Assembly: GCA_964410915.1 (NCBI GenBank)
Contig: CAYPIU010000005.1
Location: 10,834-74,833 of the forward strand
Reading direction: 5' to 3'
DNA length: 64,000 nucleotides
Source of the DNA: an uncultured Synergistales bacterium
GTDB lineage: Bacteria > Synergistota > Synergistia > Synergistales > JAFGMB01
Of the stretch, positions 9,378 through 18,713 are shown one piece after another. The notes below the pieces were generated by a model, which worked only from the letters and a program-made list of their open reading frames with translations, was not told the DNA's origin and searched no databases. The translations under genes and the position numbers were made by a program. Within the stretch, counting starts at the first letter, position 1. Every line of letters starts with the position of its first letter.

Positions 9378-10433
9378 CTATTCTGAAGCCCAGGGATCAA
9401 GAATGATCTTGCATGCCCTGCCTTCCTTAAGCAATTCAAAACCCTTGTCAAATTTTGAAAGGGGCATTTTATGAGTAACTATCGGCGCAAGCTTTAACGA
9501 TCCTGAATCTATTAGATTCTCCATGACGGTCCATGTCTTGAACATTTTTCTTCCATGGATACCTTTTATCTTTGCTTCCTTGAAGATCACCTCTGGTCCA
9601 AGATCGATGGTGAACGGATCTGATGGAAGGCCGACAAGAGCAACATTTCCGCCTTTTCGCAGAATCTTGAATGCACCTGCAATGGCAGTGGTATTACCTG
9701 AAGCATCTATGAAGGCATCTACTCCAACATTTTCTGTCAGATCAAAAATCCGCTCGGAGAGATCCTCTTTCATGGGATTAATGCAGACATCTGCACCCAC
9801 ATCTCTGGCAACAGACAGTCGTTCTTCGGAAACATCGCTCGCAATTATCTTAGCTGCACCCAGTGCCCTGAGAGCTGTTATCGAACCCAGACCTATAGGA
9901 CCTGCTCCTATTACAGCAACAACAGATCCTGCGGGATCAACTTCCATTGCAGAACGCACACTTGTTCCAAGAGGTTCCATCATGGCTGCATATTCCCTTG
10001 GTATACTTTCAGGGATCTTTCTTGCACATATAGCAGGAAGAACCGTATATTGGGCAAAACAGCCATCACAGTGAACACCAAAAAGCATCATATTGGCACA
10101 TATGTGCTGCTGACCATTAAGACACTGGTAACATCTTCCGCAAGGACCATGGGTCTCTCCAGCTACATAATCACCCTCCGATAACCCCGTTACACCATCG
10201 CCCAGACTGACCACTTTGCCGCTGAACTCATGTCCCATGATCTGAGGTAATGACTTTACTGCACCCTGAGCCCATTTATTCCATTCATATATATGTACAT
10301 CTGTTCCGCAGATCGCAGTAGCAAGTACTTTTACAAGGACTTGCCCTGATCCTGGTGAAGGGATCGGGGCATCTTGAAAACTCCCCCCGAAAGAAGGACC
10401 AGTCTTGACTACAGCCTTCATCATTTCATCCAT
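9378..10433 (-). CDS. tdh: Zn-dependent dehydrogenase, L-threonine 3-dehydrogenase-like
   Basis: ICGTDVHIY, GHE, structural Zn CGRCYQC..C, GAGPIG, and Tdh-type GIHGRKMFKTW. Start set at ATG 10433 by RBS spacing. Confidence 0.8.
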   Translation of the reverse strand: MDEMMKAVVKTGPSFGGSFQDAPIPSPGSGQVLVKVLATAICGTDVHIYEWNKWAQGAVKSLPQIMGHEFSGKVVSLGDGVTGLSEGDYVAGETHGPCGRCYQCLNGQQHICANMMLFGVHCDGCFAQYTVLPAICARKIPESIPREYAAMMEPLGTSVRSAMEVDPAGSVVAVIGAGPIGLGSITALRALGAAKIIASDVSEERLSVARDVGADVCINPMKEDLSERIFDLTENVGVDAFIDASGNTTAIAGAFKILRKGGNVALVGLPSDPFTIDLGPEVIFKEAKIKGIHGRKMFKTWTVMENLIDSGSLKLAPIVTHKMPLSKFDKGFELLKEGRACKIILDPWASE

Positions 10434-10452
10434 TGAAAACACTCCTCCAGGA

Positions 10453-11211
10453 CTAATTGTCCCTCATTATTCCACCATCGACATCGGTTATCTCGCCTGT
10501 AACGTGACTTGCAAAATCAGAAGCAAGGAAGAGAACCATATTTGCAATATCCTGTGGTTGTCCAAATTTTTTAAGAGGAACTCCCTGTAAGATCCTTTCC
10601 CTGTTTTCTTTGGAACAACCTGATAACATATTTGTCTCTATCGGTCCCGGGCATATAGCATTGGCATTTATACCGTAAGGTCCGGCTTCCCTGGCAATTC
10701 CCTTGGTAAGCGCAATAACACCAGCTTTTGATGTACCATAAATCGTATTACCAAAGAATCCCCCGCCCTTCTTGCCGGCGATGGACGCGATATTTACTAT
10801 CTTGCCGTATTTTCGACCTATCATTCCGGGAAGAGCTGCAAAACAGGTGTTGTATACTCCCTTGAGATTAACTGCCATTATCTTGTCCCATTCTTCCTGG
10901 GTAGTCTCAAGGAATGGTTTTGGAGAAACTATGCCTGCATTGTTGACAAGTATATCTATACTTCCCCAACTTGCTTCGACCTCGGCGATAACTTCCTGAA
11001 CCATTTCCAGTTTTGATACATCTGCCTTGAAGACCATGGACTTTCCACCGCTCTTCTCGATCTCGGCTTTTGTCTCTCCTGCTCCCTCAACATTCATGTC
11101 TATTATGGCTATATTAGCACCGCAAGATGCTAAAGTAAGTGCTATAGAACGGCCTATGCCCTGTGCTGCTCCAGTAACAAGAACATTTTTACCATTGAAA
11201 TCAAACTTCAA
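10453..11211 (-). CDS. Short-chain dehydrogenase/reductase (FabG-like SDR)
   Basis: TGAAQGIG, NNAG, YGTSK catalytic motif. Confidence 0.92.
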   Translation of the reverse strand: MKFDFNGKNVLVTGAAQGIGRSIALTLASCGANIAIIDMNVEGAGETKAEIEKSGGKSMVFKADVSKLEMVQEVIAEVEASWGSIDILVNNAGIVSPKPFLETTQEEWDKIMAVNLKGVYNTCFAALPGMIGRKYGKIVNIASIAGKKGGGFFGNTIYGTSKAGVIALTKGIAREAGPYGINANAICPGPIETNMLSGCSKENRERILQGVPLKKFGQPQDIANMVLFLASDFASHVTGEITDVDGGIMRDN

Positions 11212-11246
11212 GACTATCCCACCTTTGCAAAAATGAACGAAAAAAA

Positions 11247-12014
11247 TCAGTCTCTGACTATTCCTCCGTCTACATCAAAGATCTCACCTGTTACATGACC
11301 TGCCATATCAGAAGCCAGGAAAACGACAACATCGGCAATTTCTCTGGGTTCTCCGTATCTTTTCAAAGGGGTACCCTCTATAATGAGTTTTTTCTGCTCT
11401 TCAGGGATGGAATTACCCATGACCGTGCTTATAACACCCGGGCAGACTGCATTCGCATTGATCCCACTGGGACCGCCTTCTCTTGCAAGACCTTTGGTGA
11501 GTCCTATAACACCTGCTTTTGATGCTGCATAAATAGCAGTTCCACGAAATCCGCCTCCAAGTTTTCCGGCGATAGAGGCTATATTAATAATTTTTCCTGA
11601 ACCATTCTTTATCATTTCCGGGAAAACTGCATTACATGTATTGAAACATCCCTTCAGGTTTATTCCTATAACACGCTCCCAGTCATTTTCATCACATTCA
11701 GCAAAGGGAGTGGGAAGAGTTACTCCAGCATCGTTGACCAGTACGTCCACCCTGCCATATTTTGAGAAAATCTCAGTGAATGCTTTCTTAACATCACTGT
11801 GATCAGAAACGTCCAGGGGAAGAAAGTCAACTTTCTTCCCCTGGGCATTAAGTTCCATGGCAGTCTGACGGCCGGCTTCTTCAAGAATATCAAGGATCAC
11901 ACATGTTGCTCCCGATTCACAAAAGGACTCGACTATAGCTCTGCCTATCCCCCTGCTTGCACCAGTTACAACGACTATTTTCCCTGAAAGATCTATTACT
12001 GCCGGTCCATTCAT
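11247..12014 (-). CDS. Short-chain dehydrogenase/reductase (FabG-like SDR), paralogue of the neighbouring gene
   Basis: TGASRGIG, NDAG, YAASK. Start set at ATG 12014 (MNGPAV). Confidence 0.92.
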   Translation of the reverse strand: MNGPAVIDLSGKIVVVTGASRGIGRAIVESFCESGATCVILDILEEAGRQTAMELNAQGKKVDFLPLDVSDHSDVKKAFTEIFSKYGRVDVLVNDAGVTLPTPFAECDENDWERVIGINLKGCFNTCNAVFPEMIKNGSGKIINIASIAGKLGGGFRGTAIYAASKAGVIGLTKGLAREGGPSGINANAVCPGVISTVMGNSIPEEQKKLIIEGTPLKRYGEPREIADVVVFLASDMAGHVTGEIFDVDGGIVRD

Positions 12015-12015
12015 T

Positions 12016-12504
12016 TTATTCACCCTTCTCGTAGATATTAAAAAGAGGGAATTCAGTTTCTTCGTCAAATGCTCTCAGAATATCAACATTATCAAAACCT
12101 TCTACAAGAACTTCCATTGTGCTCATCACCGGATTACCACCTTCTACAAAGTGAGCACCATGAAAGCCCTGTTCAGGATCAGAGATAACGCCATGAAGAT
12201 GAACAGCAGTCTCGCCTGTATCTGAGAACTGGCCTATCATTCCACTTCCGCATATAAACTCGAGAGGCCCGTCGATATCTACAGGATCCCCGTACTTGGC
12301 ATTCATTTTTGTACCCGGCGCAGGAAGGGCCCATACAAATCTGGCTTTAGAAAGACTGCCGTGCATGGCAGTTATACATCCTGCTGTAATATCATTATCT
12401 TTACAAACCTTAAGTACTCCGGCCAGAAGATCTGTACCAGGCATCAGGCGAGCAACAACTTTTTTTCCTGTTACCTGTACCGAAGAAGTTCTTACATCAG
12501 ACAT
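12016..12504 (-). CDS. DUF296 / PPC-domain protein
   Basis: ARLMPGTDL, GSL, LEF, VHLHG...GAHF and TMEV pattern typical of DUF296. Confidence 0.85.
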   Translation of the reverse strand: MSDVRTSSVQVTGKKVVARLMPGTDLLAGVLKVCKDNDITAGCITAMHGSLSKARFVWALPAPGTKMNAKYGDPVDIDGPLEFICGSGMIGQFSDTGETAVHLHGVISDPEQGFHGAHFVEGGNPVMSTMEVLVEGFDNVDILRAFDEETEFPLFNIYEKGE

Positions 12505-12519
12505 TTAATACCCTCCGTT

Positions 12520-13500
12520 CTAAAACATACCTTTTATTGCATTAGCAATTTTTTCGGGGGTTACCCTGTAAGCCTGTTCAAGAGGTTTGGCAAAAGGCAC
12601 CGGGGTAAATGGAGCTCCAACTCTTGTAATCGGAGCATCAAGGTAATCAATGCCTTCTTCAGCTACAATAGCGGAAATTTCAGCTCCTACTCCGCCCTGT
12701 TTTACAGCTTCATGTGCGATAGCAAGTCTGCTGGTTTTAGCTATTGATTCAAGGATCGTCTCTTTATCAATAGGTGAAATAGTTCTCAGATCGACACATT
12801 CTACACTGATGCCGTCTTTTTCAAGCATCTCTGCTGCCTGCAGGCAATGGTTGAAACAAAGTGAATAGGATACAAGGGTTACATCCTTACCCTCTTTAAC
12901 AACCTTCGCCTTTCCTATGGGAGTAAAGAATTCTTCTTCAGGAACCGGGCCTGACATTCTGAACAGAGACTTGTGCTCAAAATAGACTACAGGATTATCA
13001 TCTCTTATGGCTGACTTGAGCAAACCTTTGGCATCGGCAGGATTTGAAGGAATTACAACCTTGAGTCCGGGAACATGCATGAACCAGGATTCTATGCTCT
13101 GGGAGTGCTGGGCAGCTGCCTGGTTAATAAGTCCGTCAGGAGCCCTGAGTACCATTGGGACCGTCTTCTGACCACCGAACATGTAATGGATCTTGGCCAT
13201 CTGATTATAGATCTCATCCATACAGACACCCATAAAGTCCGCAAAATGCATATCGGCTATTGGACGCATACCGGCAAGGGCTGCACCTACGCATGCTCCC
13301 AATATGGCTGTTTCTGTTATAGGTGTATCCTTGACCCTGTCAGATCCGAACTGATCAGGAAGACCCTTAAACTGGCCGAATATTCCACCCTGTCTTGCGA
13401 TATCTTCCCCCATGATAAATACATTGCTGTCGCGGCTCATCTCCTCCTGCATTGCTTCAAGAGTAGCCTGGGAAAATGTAATTTCTCTCATATTATTCAC
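12520..13500 (-). CDS. acoB: TPP-dependent dehydrogenase E1 beta subunit (acetoin/pyruvate dehydrogenase type)
   Basis: MGEDI..GG, DTPITE, AQHSQS, DLRTISP motifs. Confidence 0.93.
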   Translation of the reverse strand: MNNMREITFSQATLEAMQEEMSRDSNVFIMGEDIARQGGIFGQFKGLPDQFGSDRVKDTPITETAILGACVGAALAGMRPIADMHFADFMGVCMDEIYNQMAKIHYMFGGQKTVPMVLRAPDGLINQAAAQHSQSIESWFMHVPGLKVVIPSNPADAKGLLKSAIRDDNPVVYFEHKSLFRMSGPVPEEEFFTPIGKAKVVKEGKDVTLVSYSLCFNHCLQAAEMLEKDGISVECVDLRTISPIDKETILESIAKTSRLAIAHEAVKQGGVGAEISAIVAEEGIDYLDAPITRVGAPFTPVPFAKPLEQAYRVTPEKIANAIKGMF

Positions 13501-13505
13501 CGCCC

Positions 13506-14510
13506 CTATACATAAAGGTCCTGATATAATTCGGAAGGATCAGGCTCTGGTGATTCTGTTGCAAATTTTATAGCCTCATCAACTTCTTTAACAACCCGGT
13601 CTTTGATCTCGTCAAGCTCTTTCCTGTCCATAACCTTTTCCTCAAGGACTCTCTGTTCGAAACGTACTATTGGATCATTTTCATCGGAGACCTTCTGTAC
13701 CTCTTCCTTGGTCCTGTATTTTTCAGGATCTCCTACGAAATGTCCTTTAATACGATAGGTCTTGCATTCAAGAAGGGCAGGACCCTCTCCATTGCGCATT
13801 TTTTCAACAAGCTGTTTTGTAGCTTCATATACTGCGAATACGTCATTGCCGTCCACTATTACGCCAGGCATATCATAACCCTGGGCCCTGTCTGCAATAT
13901 CTTCCACAGATGTAGTTGTCAGGTAAGGAGTGGTTGAAGCCCACTGGTTATTTTCACAGACAAAAAGAACTGGCAGATCCCATGCAGATGCCATGTTGGC
14001 CGCTTCATGGAAGGTTCCGCGGTTTGATGCTCCATCTCCAAAGAAAACTACTGAAATATCTTTTCTTCCAAGCATCTTGCACGCCAGACCTGCACCGGTT
14101 GCGAGAGTATAGCCACCGCCGACAATGCCGTTTGCTCCAAGCATACCCACGCTGAAATCCGCAATATGCATGGAACCGCCCTTACCTTTGCAGAAACCTG
14201 TTTTTTTCCCGAATATCTCTGCCATCATCTTTTTGAGATCCGCACCCTTAGCTATAGTATGGCCATGACCTCTGTGAGTGGTCTCGATATAGTCATTCTT
14301 CGTAAGGTTACTCATAATACCAGTACCTGTGGCTTCTTCACCTATATAAAGGTGAACAAATCCGGGTATCTCGCCTGCAAGGAACTTTTTCTCAATGTTG
14401 GTCTCAAAATACCTGATTTTCACCATTGTTTCGTAAAAATGTTCAAGAAGCTCCTTGTCATATTTTTTGATAGAGGAAGGCCCCTTTTTTCTTACGGGTT
14501 TAGCACACAT
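13506..14510 (-). CDS. acoA: TPP-dependent dehydrogenase E1 alpha subunit (acetoin dehydrogenase type)
   Basis: GFVHLYIGEEA, THRGHGH, GKGGSMH, TPP motif GDGASNRGTFHE...NN, TYRIKGH. Confidence 0.93.
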   Translation of the reverse strand: MCAKPVRKKGPSSIKKYDKELLEHFYETMVKIRYFETNIEKKFLAGEIPGFVHLYIGEEATGTGIMSNLTKNDYIETTHRGHGHTIAKGADLKKMMAEIFGKKTGFCKGKGGSMHIADFSVGMLGANGIVGGGYTLATGAGLACKMLGRKDISVVFFGDGASNRGTFHEAANMASAWDLPVLFVCENNQWASTTPYLTTTSVEDIADRAQGYDMPGVIVDGNDVFAVYEATKQLVEKMRNGEGPALLECKTYRIKGHFVGDPEKYRTKEEVQKVSDENDPIVRFEQRVLEEKVMDRKELDEIKDRVVKEVDEAIKFATESPEPDPSELYQDLYV

Positions 14511-14555
14511 TTAAATACCTCCTTGAATTTAGAGTTCCAGCTAATCTATATGCCA

Positions 14556-15875
14556 CTAGGTTACGATAGATGGAAGCCACGTAACTATCTGAGGCCAGAT
14601 AATGCAAAGTGTAAGCGCTATGGCCTGCAGAATTACGAAGGGCGCGACTCCCCAATAGATTTCTTTTGTTGTAACACTTGGTGGTGCAACACCCTTGACG
14701 AAGAATATCGCATAGGCAAATGGCGGCGTAAGGAAAGACATCTGCAGATTAATGCATATGAGGAGAACAAAGTAAAGTGGATCGATCCCGAGATGTATTG
14801 CAATGGGGAGGAAGATCGGGACTACTATGTAGACGATACCGATCCAGTCGAGGAACATGCCCATTATGAAAACAGTGAACATCATTACAAAGACAACTCC
14901 CCACTTTCCAAGCCCAAGCCCGAGGAGAGCAGATTCTATAAGAGCTCCTCCACGCATGAAAAGAAACACTGATGTAAACATGGATGCACCAACAATTACA
15001 AAGAACACCATGGATGTTACCTTAATTGTCTCGTAAACAGCATCTTTTACAGTTTTGAGATTAAGTTTCCTGTAGAGAAGGGCGATTATAACTGCTCCAA
15101 GTCCTCCAAGGGCGGATGCCTCTGTTGGAGAAGCTATGCCTAAAAGAATAGAACCAAGAACAGCAAAAAGCAGACCAAGAATGGGAAGCATATAAACTAA
15201 GGTCTGAACGAGAAGCTGCTTGTTTGTACTCTCGGCTCTTTCCTCATCGGAAATCGAAGGAGCGATCGATGGCTGTAACCAGCATCTGATAACAATATAA
15301 GCGATATACAGAGAGGCAAGCAGAAGACCAGGCATAAGTGCGCCTGAAAACAATTTGGCAACTGAAAGATTTGTCATGGGTCCAAGTACGACCAGCATGA
15401 CACTCGGGGGGATCAGTATACCAAGGGTCCCACCCGCACAGACAACACCTGTTGAGAGTCCATGATCATAATTCCTCTGCAACATAGCCGGGAGTGCCAT
15501 AAGGGTCATTGTAGTGACCGATGCAGCTATTACTCCTGTGCAGGCAGCAAAAAGGGTACTGATTATTATCGTTGTAAGAGCAAGACCGCCTTTAATAGGA
15601 CCAAGCAGCTTATACATTGTATTAAACAATTTTTCGGCTGCTCCGCTTTTCTCAAGGATACAGCCCATGAATACAAAAAGCGGAACGGCTATCAGAATCT
15701 CGTTCTGCATCGTCCCAAAAATATTCTGCATATACAGGGACAACATCGCGGGGCCCCTGTAATACACGCCAAAAGTAACCCCAAGGAACATCATGGCAAA
15801 TGCAAGGCGAATACCTGACATAACCATGATTATAAGGATAACTAACATTGAAACAGCAAGGACTTCAGGACTCAT
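14556..15875 (-). CDS. dctM: TRAP transporter large permease DctM
   Basis: AVPLFVFMG, GTLGILIPPS, SPTEA, SFLTPPF motifs. Confidence 0.93.
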   Translation of the reverse strand: MSPEVLAVSMLVILIIMVMSGIRLAFAMMFLGVTFGVYYRGPAMLSLYMQNIFGTMQNEILIAVPLFVFMGCILEKSGAAEKLFNTMYKLLGPIKGGLALTTIIISTLFAACTGVIAASVTTMTLMALPAMLQRNYDHGLSTGVVCAGGTLGILIPPSVMLVVLGPMTNLSVAKLFSGALMPGLLLASLYIAYIVIRCWLQPSIAPSISDEERAESTNKQLLVQTLVYMLPILGLLFAVLGSILLGIASPTEASALGGLGAVIIALLYRKLNLKTVKDAVYETIKVTSMVFFVIVGASMFTSVFLFMRGGALIESALLGLGLGKWGVVFVMMFTVFIMGMFLDWIGIVYIVVPIFLPIAIHLGIDPLYFVLLICINLQMSFLTPPFAYAIFFVKGVAPPSVTTKEIYWGVAPFVILQAIALTLCIIWPQIVTWLPSIVT

Positions 15876-16375
15876 TCCGATTCTCCTTTAATAGCTTTCT
15901 GCAGATTTCTGTAAAGTTCCACAAATCCCTGCATGAACATCATTCCAAAACCGATGGGAATAACTGTTTTAACAGGACCAGATGGGAATCTCCAGAGTGT
16001 GGTAGAGAGCCTCTCTCCATGTGACCAGGCAAATGCTGCAAAATCAACTGACTTCCAGGTCAGCAAACCCATAATGGGAAGAAACAGGATAGCGAAAAAG
16101 AAGACGTCAAACCATGCCTGGTATTTTGCGGGAAGAGAACTGAAAATAATGTCGATTCTGACGTGTCTCTTATGTACCATTGTATAGGCTCCTCCAAGAA
16201 GGAACATGGCACTGAATAACATCCAGGCTGTATCGTATACCCAGTCAGTAGGACTGTTCAAAACATATCTTATCAGGACTTCGTAAACCACAACGGCATT
16301 GAGGGGAATTACAAGCCATGCACCGAATATACCTACTTTTTCATTGAACTTTTCTATGATATCTAAAAGTCCCAT
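15872..16375 (-). CDS. dctQ: TRAP transporter small permease DctQ
   Basis: Four TM segments, YEVLIRY, HVRIDI. Confidence 0.92.
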   Translation of the reverse strand: MGLLDIIEKFNEKVGIFGAWLVIPLNAVVVYEVLIRYVLNSPTDWVYDTAWMLFSAMFLLGGAYTMVHKRHVRIDIIFSSLPAKYQAWFDVFFFAILFLPIMGLLTWKSVDFAAFAWSHGERLSTTLWRFPSGPVKTVIPIGFGMMFMQGFVELYRNLQKAIKGESE

Positions 16376-16401
16376 AGATTCAGATTACCTCCTATGCCAG
16401 A

Positions 16402-16427
16402 GGTTGGCCCGAACTTTCGGGCCAACC
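16402..16427. terminator. 11-bp-stem hairpin between dctP and dctQ
   Basis: ggttggcccga-actt-tcgggccaacc; the usual position for stabilising the solute-binding-protein mRNA or partial termination. Confidence 0.55.
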
Positions 16428-16466
16428 AGGCTTTTCAGTTAACATAGAATAATAATTTTGTAATTA

Positions 16467-17510
16467 TTATTTATCGAACTTAGTAAAGTTGTAGAAGTCC
16501 ACATAGGATTCGAGGAACTGCTTCTGTGATTCCCAAACCTTCTTGAACATTGGATCTTCCTCGGATTTCTCATCAAGGATCTCGTAGGAAAGCTTGAGAG
16601 CCTTCATCTGGTCTTCTTTGGAGAGCTTGTTGATCTCCACACCAGCTTCCTTGATCTGATCAAAGGCCGTACTACTATCAACATAGAACTGGGAATAACC
16701 CTCGAAAGAAGCGGCTATAGCTGCATTTTTGACAATTGCTTTCAGATCGTCAGGAAGAGCTTCCCATTTTGCCGGGTTGATGACGAGCTGAAAAATGTTG
16801 GAACCCATGTGGATCGGGGGACCCATAAGGTAATCGCAGACTTCATGAAGTCCAAGTCCTACGTCCATGCTCGGGAATGCAAATTCAGCTCCGTCGATAA
16901 CGCCTCTGCGGAGAGAAGGTACTACCTCGCCGCCGGGAAGAAGGACAACGGAAGCTCCAAGTTTCTGCCAGAGCTCCATGCTCAGACCAGCGGAACGGAC
17001 CTTAAGACCCTTGATATCATCCAGGGTCTTGACCGGCTTAGTGGTCCAGATACCTGATTCGGGGGGGGTAAGACCGAGGGGAAAGACCTTTATGGCATCG
17101 CCGTACATCTCATCGGCAAGGGCCTGGCCTTCTCCGCCATACATCCATACGAGAAGATCATTTGTCTCAGTAACACCTGCGGGGAGGGTATAGAAAAGAT
17201 CGCCGGCAGGATACTGCCCCTTCTGCCAGGCGGGAGTATTCTGTCCACAGTCAAGGACACCGTCACGGACTGAATCGAAAACTGCGGGTCCGGGGACGAT
17301 CTCGCCTGAACCGTGAACTTCTATTACAAGACGTCCACCACTCATGGCTTCGACTTTTTCAGCCCACATGGGGAAATATGCACCCACAGGGAGTTTTACA
17401 GGGAAGCAGCTCTGTCCAATCCATTTGTAGCTGTCTGCAGCGACAGCAGACATGGCCATTGTAAGTACCATGACTACAGCTATTGCGACCAATAAAGCTT
17501 TTTTCTTCAT
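16467..17510 (-). CDS. dctP: TRAP solute-binding protein DctP, TakP-like (monocarboxylate/2-oxoacid subfamily)
   Basis: Signal peptide; AEKVEAMSGGRLVIEVHGSGEIVP, DSVRDGVLD, KGLKVRSAG, LPGGEVVPSL. Confidence 0.9.
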   Translation of the reverse strand: MKKKALLVAIAVVMVLTMAMSAVAADSYKWIGQSCFPVKLPVGAYFPMWAEKVEAMSGGRLVIEVHGSGEIVPGPAVFDSVRDGVLDCGQNTPAWQKGQYPAGDLFYTLPAGVTETNDLLVWMYGGEGQALADEMYGDAIKVFPLGLTPPESGIWTTKPVKTLDDIKGLKVRSAGLSMELWQKLGASVVLLPGGEVVPSLRRGVIDGAEFAFPSMDVGLGLHEVCDYLMGPPIHMGSNIFQLVINPAKWEALPDDLKAIVKNAAIAASFEGYSQFYVDSSTAFDQIKEAGVEINKLSKEDQMKALKLSYEILDEKSEEDPMFKKVWESQKQFLESYVDFYNFTKFDK

Positions 17511-17640
17511 TACTGCGAACCTCCTTAAGTTCTTAATAGATAGATGTGAAAACTGTAAACCTTAAAACCAGCTTCCTTATACCCCAAAATCACCACCTCT
17601 CCTCAAAATCCACCTCTTCCGGGTAAACTTTTAAAAGGGA

Positions 17641-18270
17641 CTACATAAGCCTAGTTTTACCTCCTTTAAGGTGGATATCCATCACTCTAAGTGCATTAAC
17701 AACATCTTTCTCTTTAAGAGCCTTGACTATTTGTGTATGTTCTTCATGAAAAAGCCGCATATTTTCCCGGGACTGAAGCATCTTGATATTCAGGGAATAC
17801 AGGCGATCTCTCAGGTTTGACATATACTCGATTATCATTGGATTTTCGTAAAATCTGAAAAGAGCCTCATGAAATTCTCTGTCACAACTCAGATAACTCG
17901 CAGCATCTCCTTCCTGGATACATTGCCCCTGACGCTCAACAATATTTTCAAGTCCCTTTATCTGATCCGATGTTAAATTGCCAGCAAGTTCCCTGATCAC
18001 AAACTCCTCAATAGCGATCCTAAGGTCATAGATATATCTGAATTCATTAACGGAAGTCTCGTTAACAACTATCCCCTTGTTGGGTACTATCTTTAAAAAA
18101 CCCTCCATTTCCAACTGCTGGAGAGCTTCTCTGACTGGAGTCCTGCTCATTTTTAATCGATTTGAAAGGGAATTCTCTGAAATATGGTACATATCCAGAA
18201 AATGCTGATCAGCTATAAGAGCCTTGATTTTATAGTATGCCTGTTTCTTCTTGGTTTGTTTTTTAAGCAC
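17641..18270 (-). CDS. GntR-family regulator (HTH + FCD)
   Basis: ISENSLSNRLKMSRTPVREAL HTH, DREFH..L, EH..I. GTG start after AGGAGG. Confidence 0.92.
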   Translation of the reverse strand: MLKKQTKKKQAYYKIKALIADQHFLDMYHISENSLSNRLKMSRTPVREALQQLEMEGFLKIVPNKGIVVNETSVNEFRYIYDLRIAIEEFVIRELAGNLTSDQIKGLENIVERQGQCIQEGDAASYLSCDREFHEALFRFYENPMIIEYMSNLRDRLYSLNIKMLQSRENMRLFHEEHTQIVKALKEKDVVNALRVMDIHLKGGKTRLM

Positions 18271-18292
18271 AGGTAATCCTCCTGGAGGTAAC

Positions 18293-18335
18293 TTGCATAC
18301 AGGTTGAATACACTTCTTTGTATTGAAAGATACAT
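18293..18335. promoter_or_regulatory. Candidate GntR operator: TTG(C/A)ATACA repeats
   Basis: ttgcataca (18293) and ttgaataca (18304) as direct repeats, followed by tgtattgaaagataca, immediately upstream of gntR. Confidence 0.4.
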
Positions 18336-18459
18336 GTTACAAAAATATCTGTCAAGGGGCATTTGAATTGTCGGTAATGCAAGAAAATTATCTTGTTTTT
18401 AAGTAAATACTGACGTTAATAATTTCACTTGCCTTGCTCCCCGAAACTAAGAAATGGGT

Positions 18460-18488
18460 ACAGAGCAGGATATTTATTCCTGCTCTGT
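18460..18488. terminator. Hairpin downstream of the second DUF296 gene
   Basis: acagagcagga-tatttat-tcctgctctgt. Confidence 0.5.
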
Positions 18489-18713
18489 TGATCATTGAAA
18501 TTACAGACTGTCTGTCACAGGTAGTGGGATATGAGGTTTTAAGCTGTTTGACTGCCAATGCAACTTACAGCTTTCCGGTAAGATCTCATTATCTTTTCTG
18601 CTGTAATGCCGGGAAGGTCATGTATTGCTTACAGAGCATCTCCTTGCTCCACTTTCACTCGACTATTAACTGCAAACAATCTTCGGGTATCTTAGACTTT
18701 GAAAAGGATGTAT

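Noticed and set aside
17584-17620. Short imperfect direct repeat caaaatc(ac)cacctct between gntR and dctP
   Set aside because: Only two degenerate copies, overlapping purine-rich RBS-like sequence on the minus strand; no support for a function.
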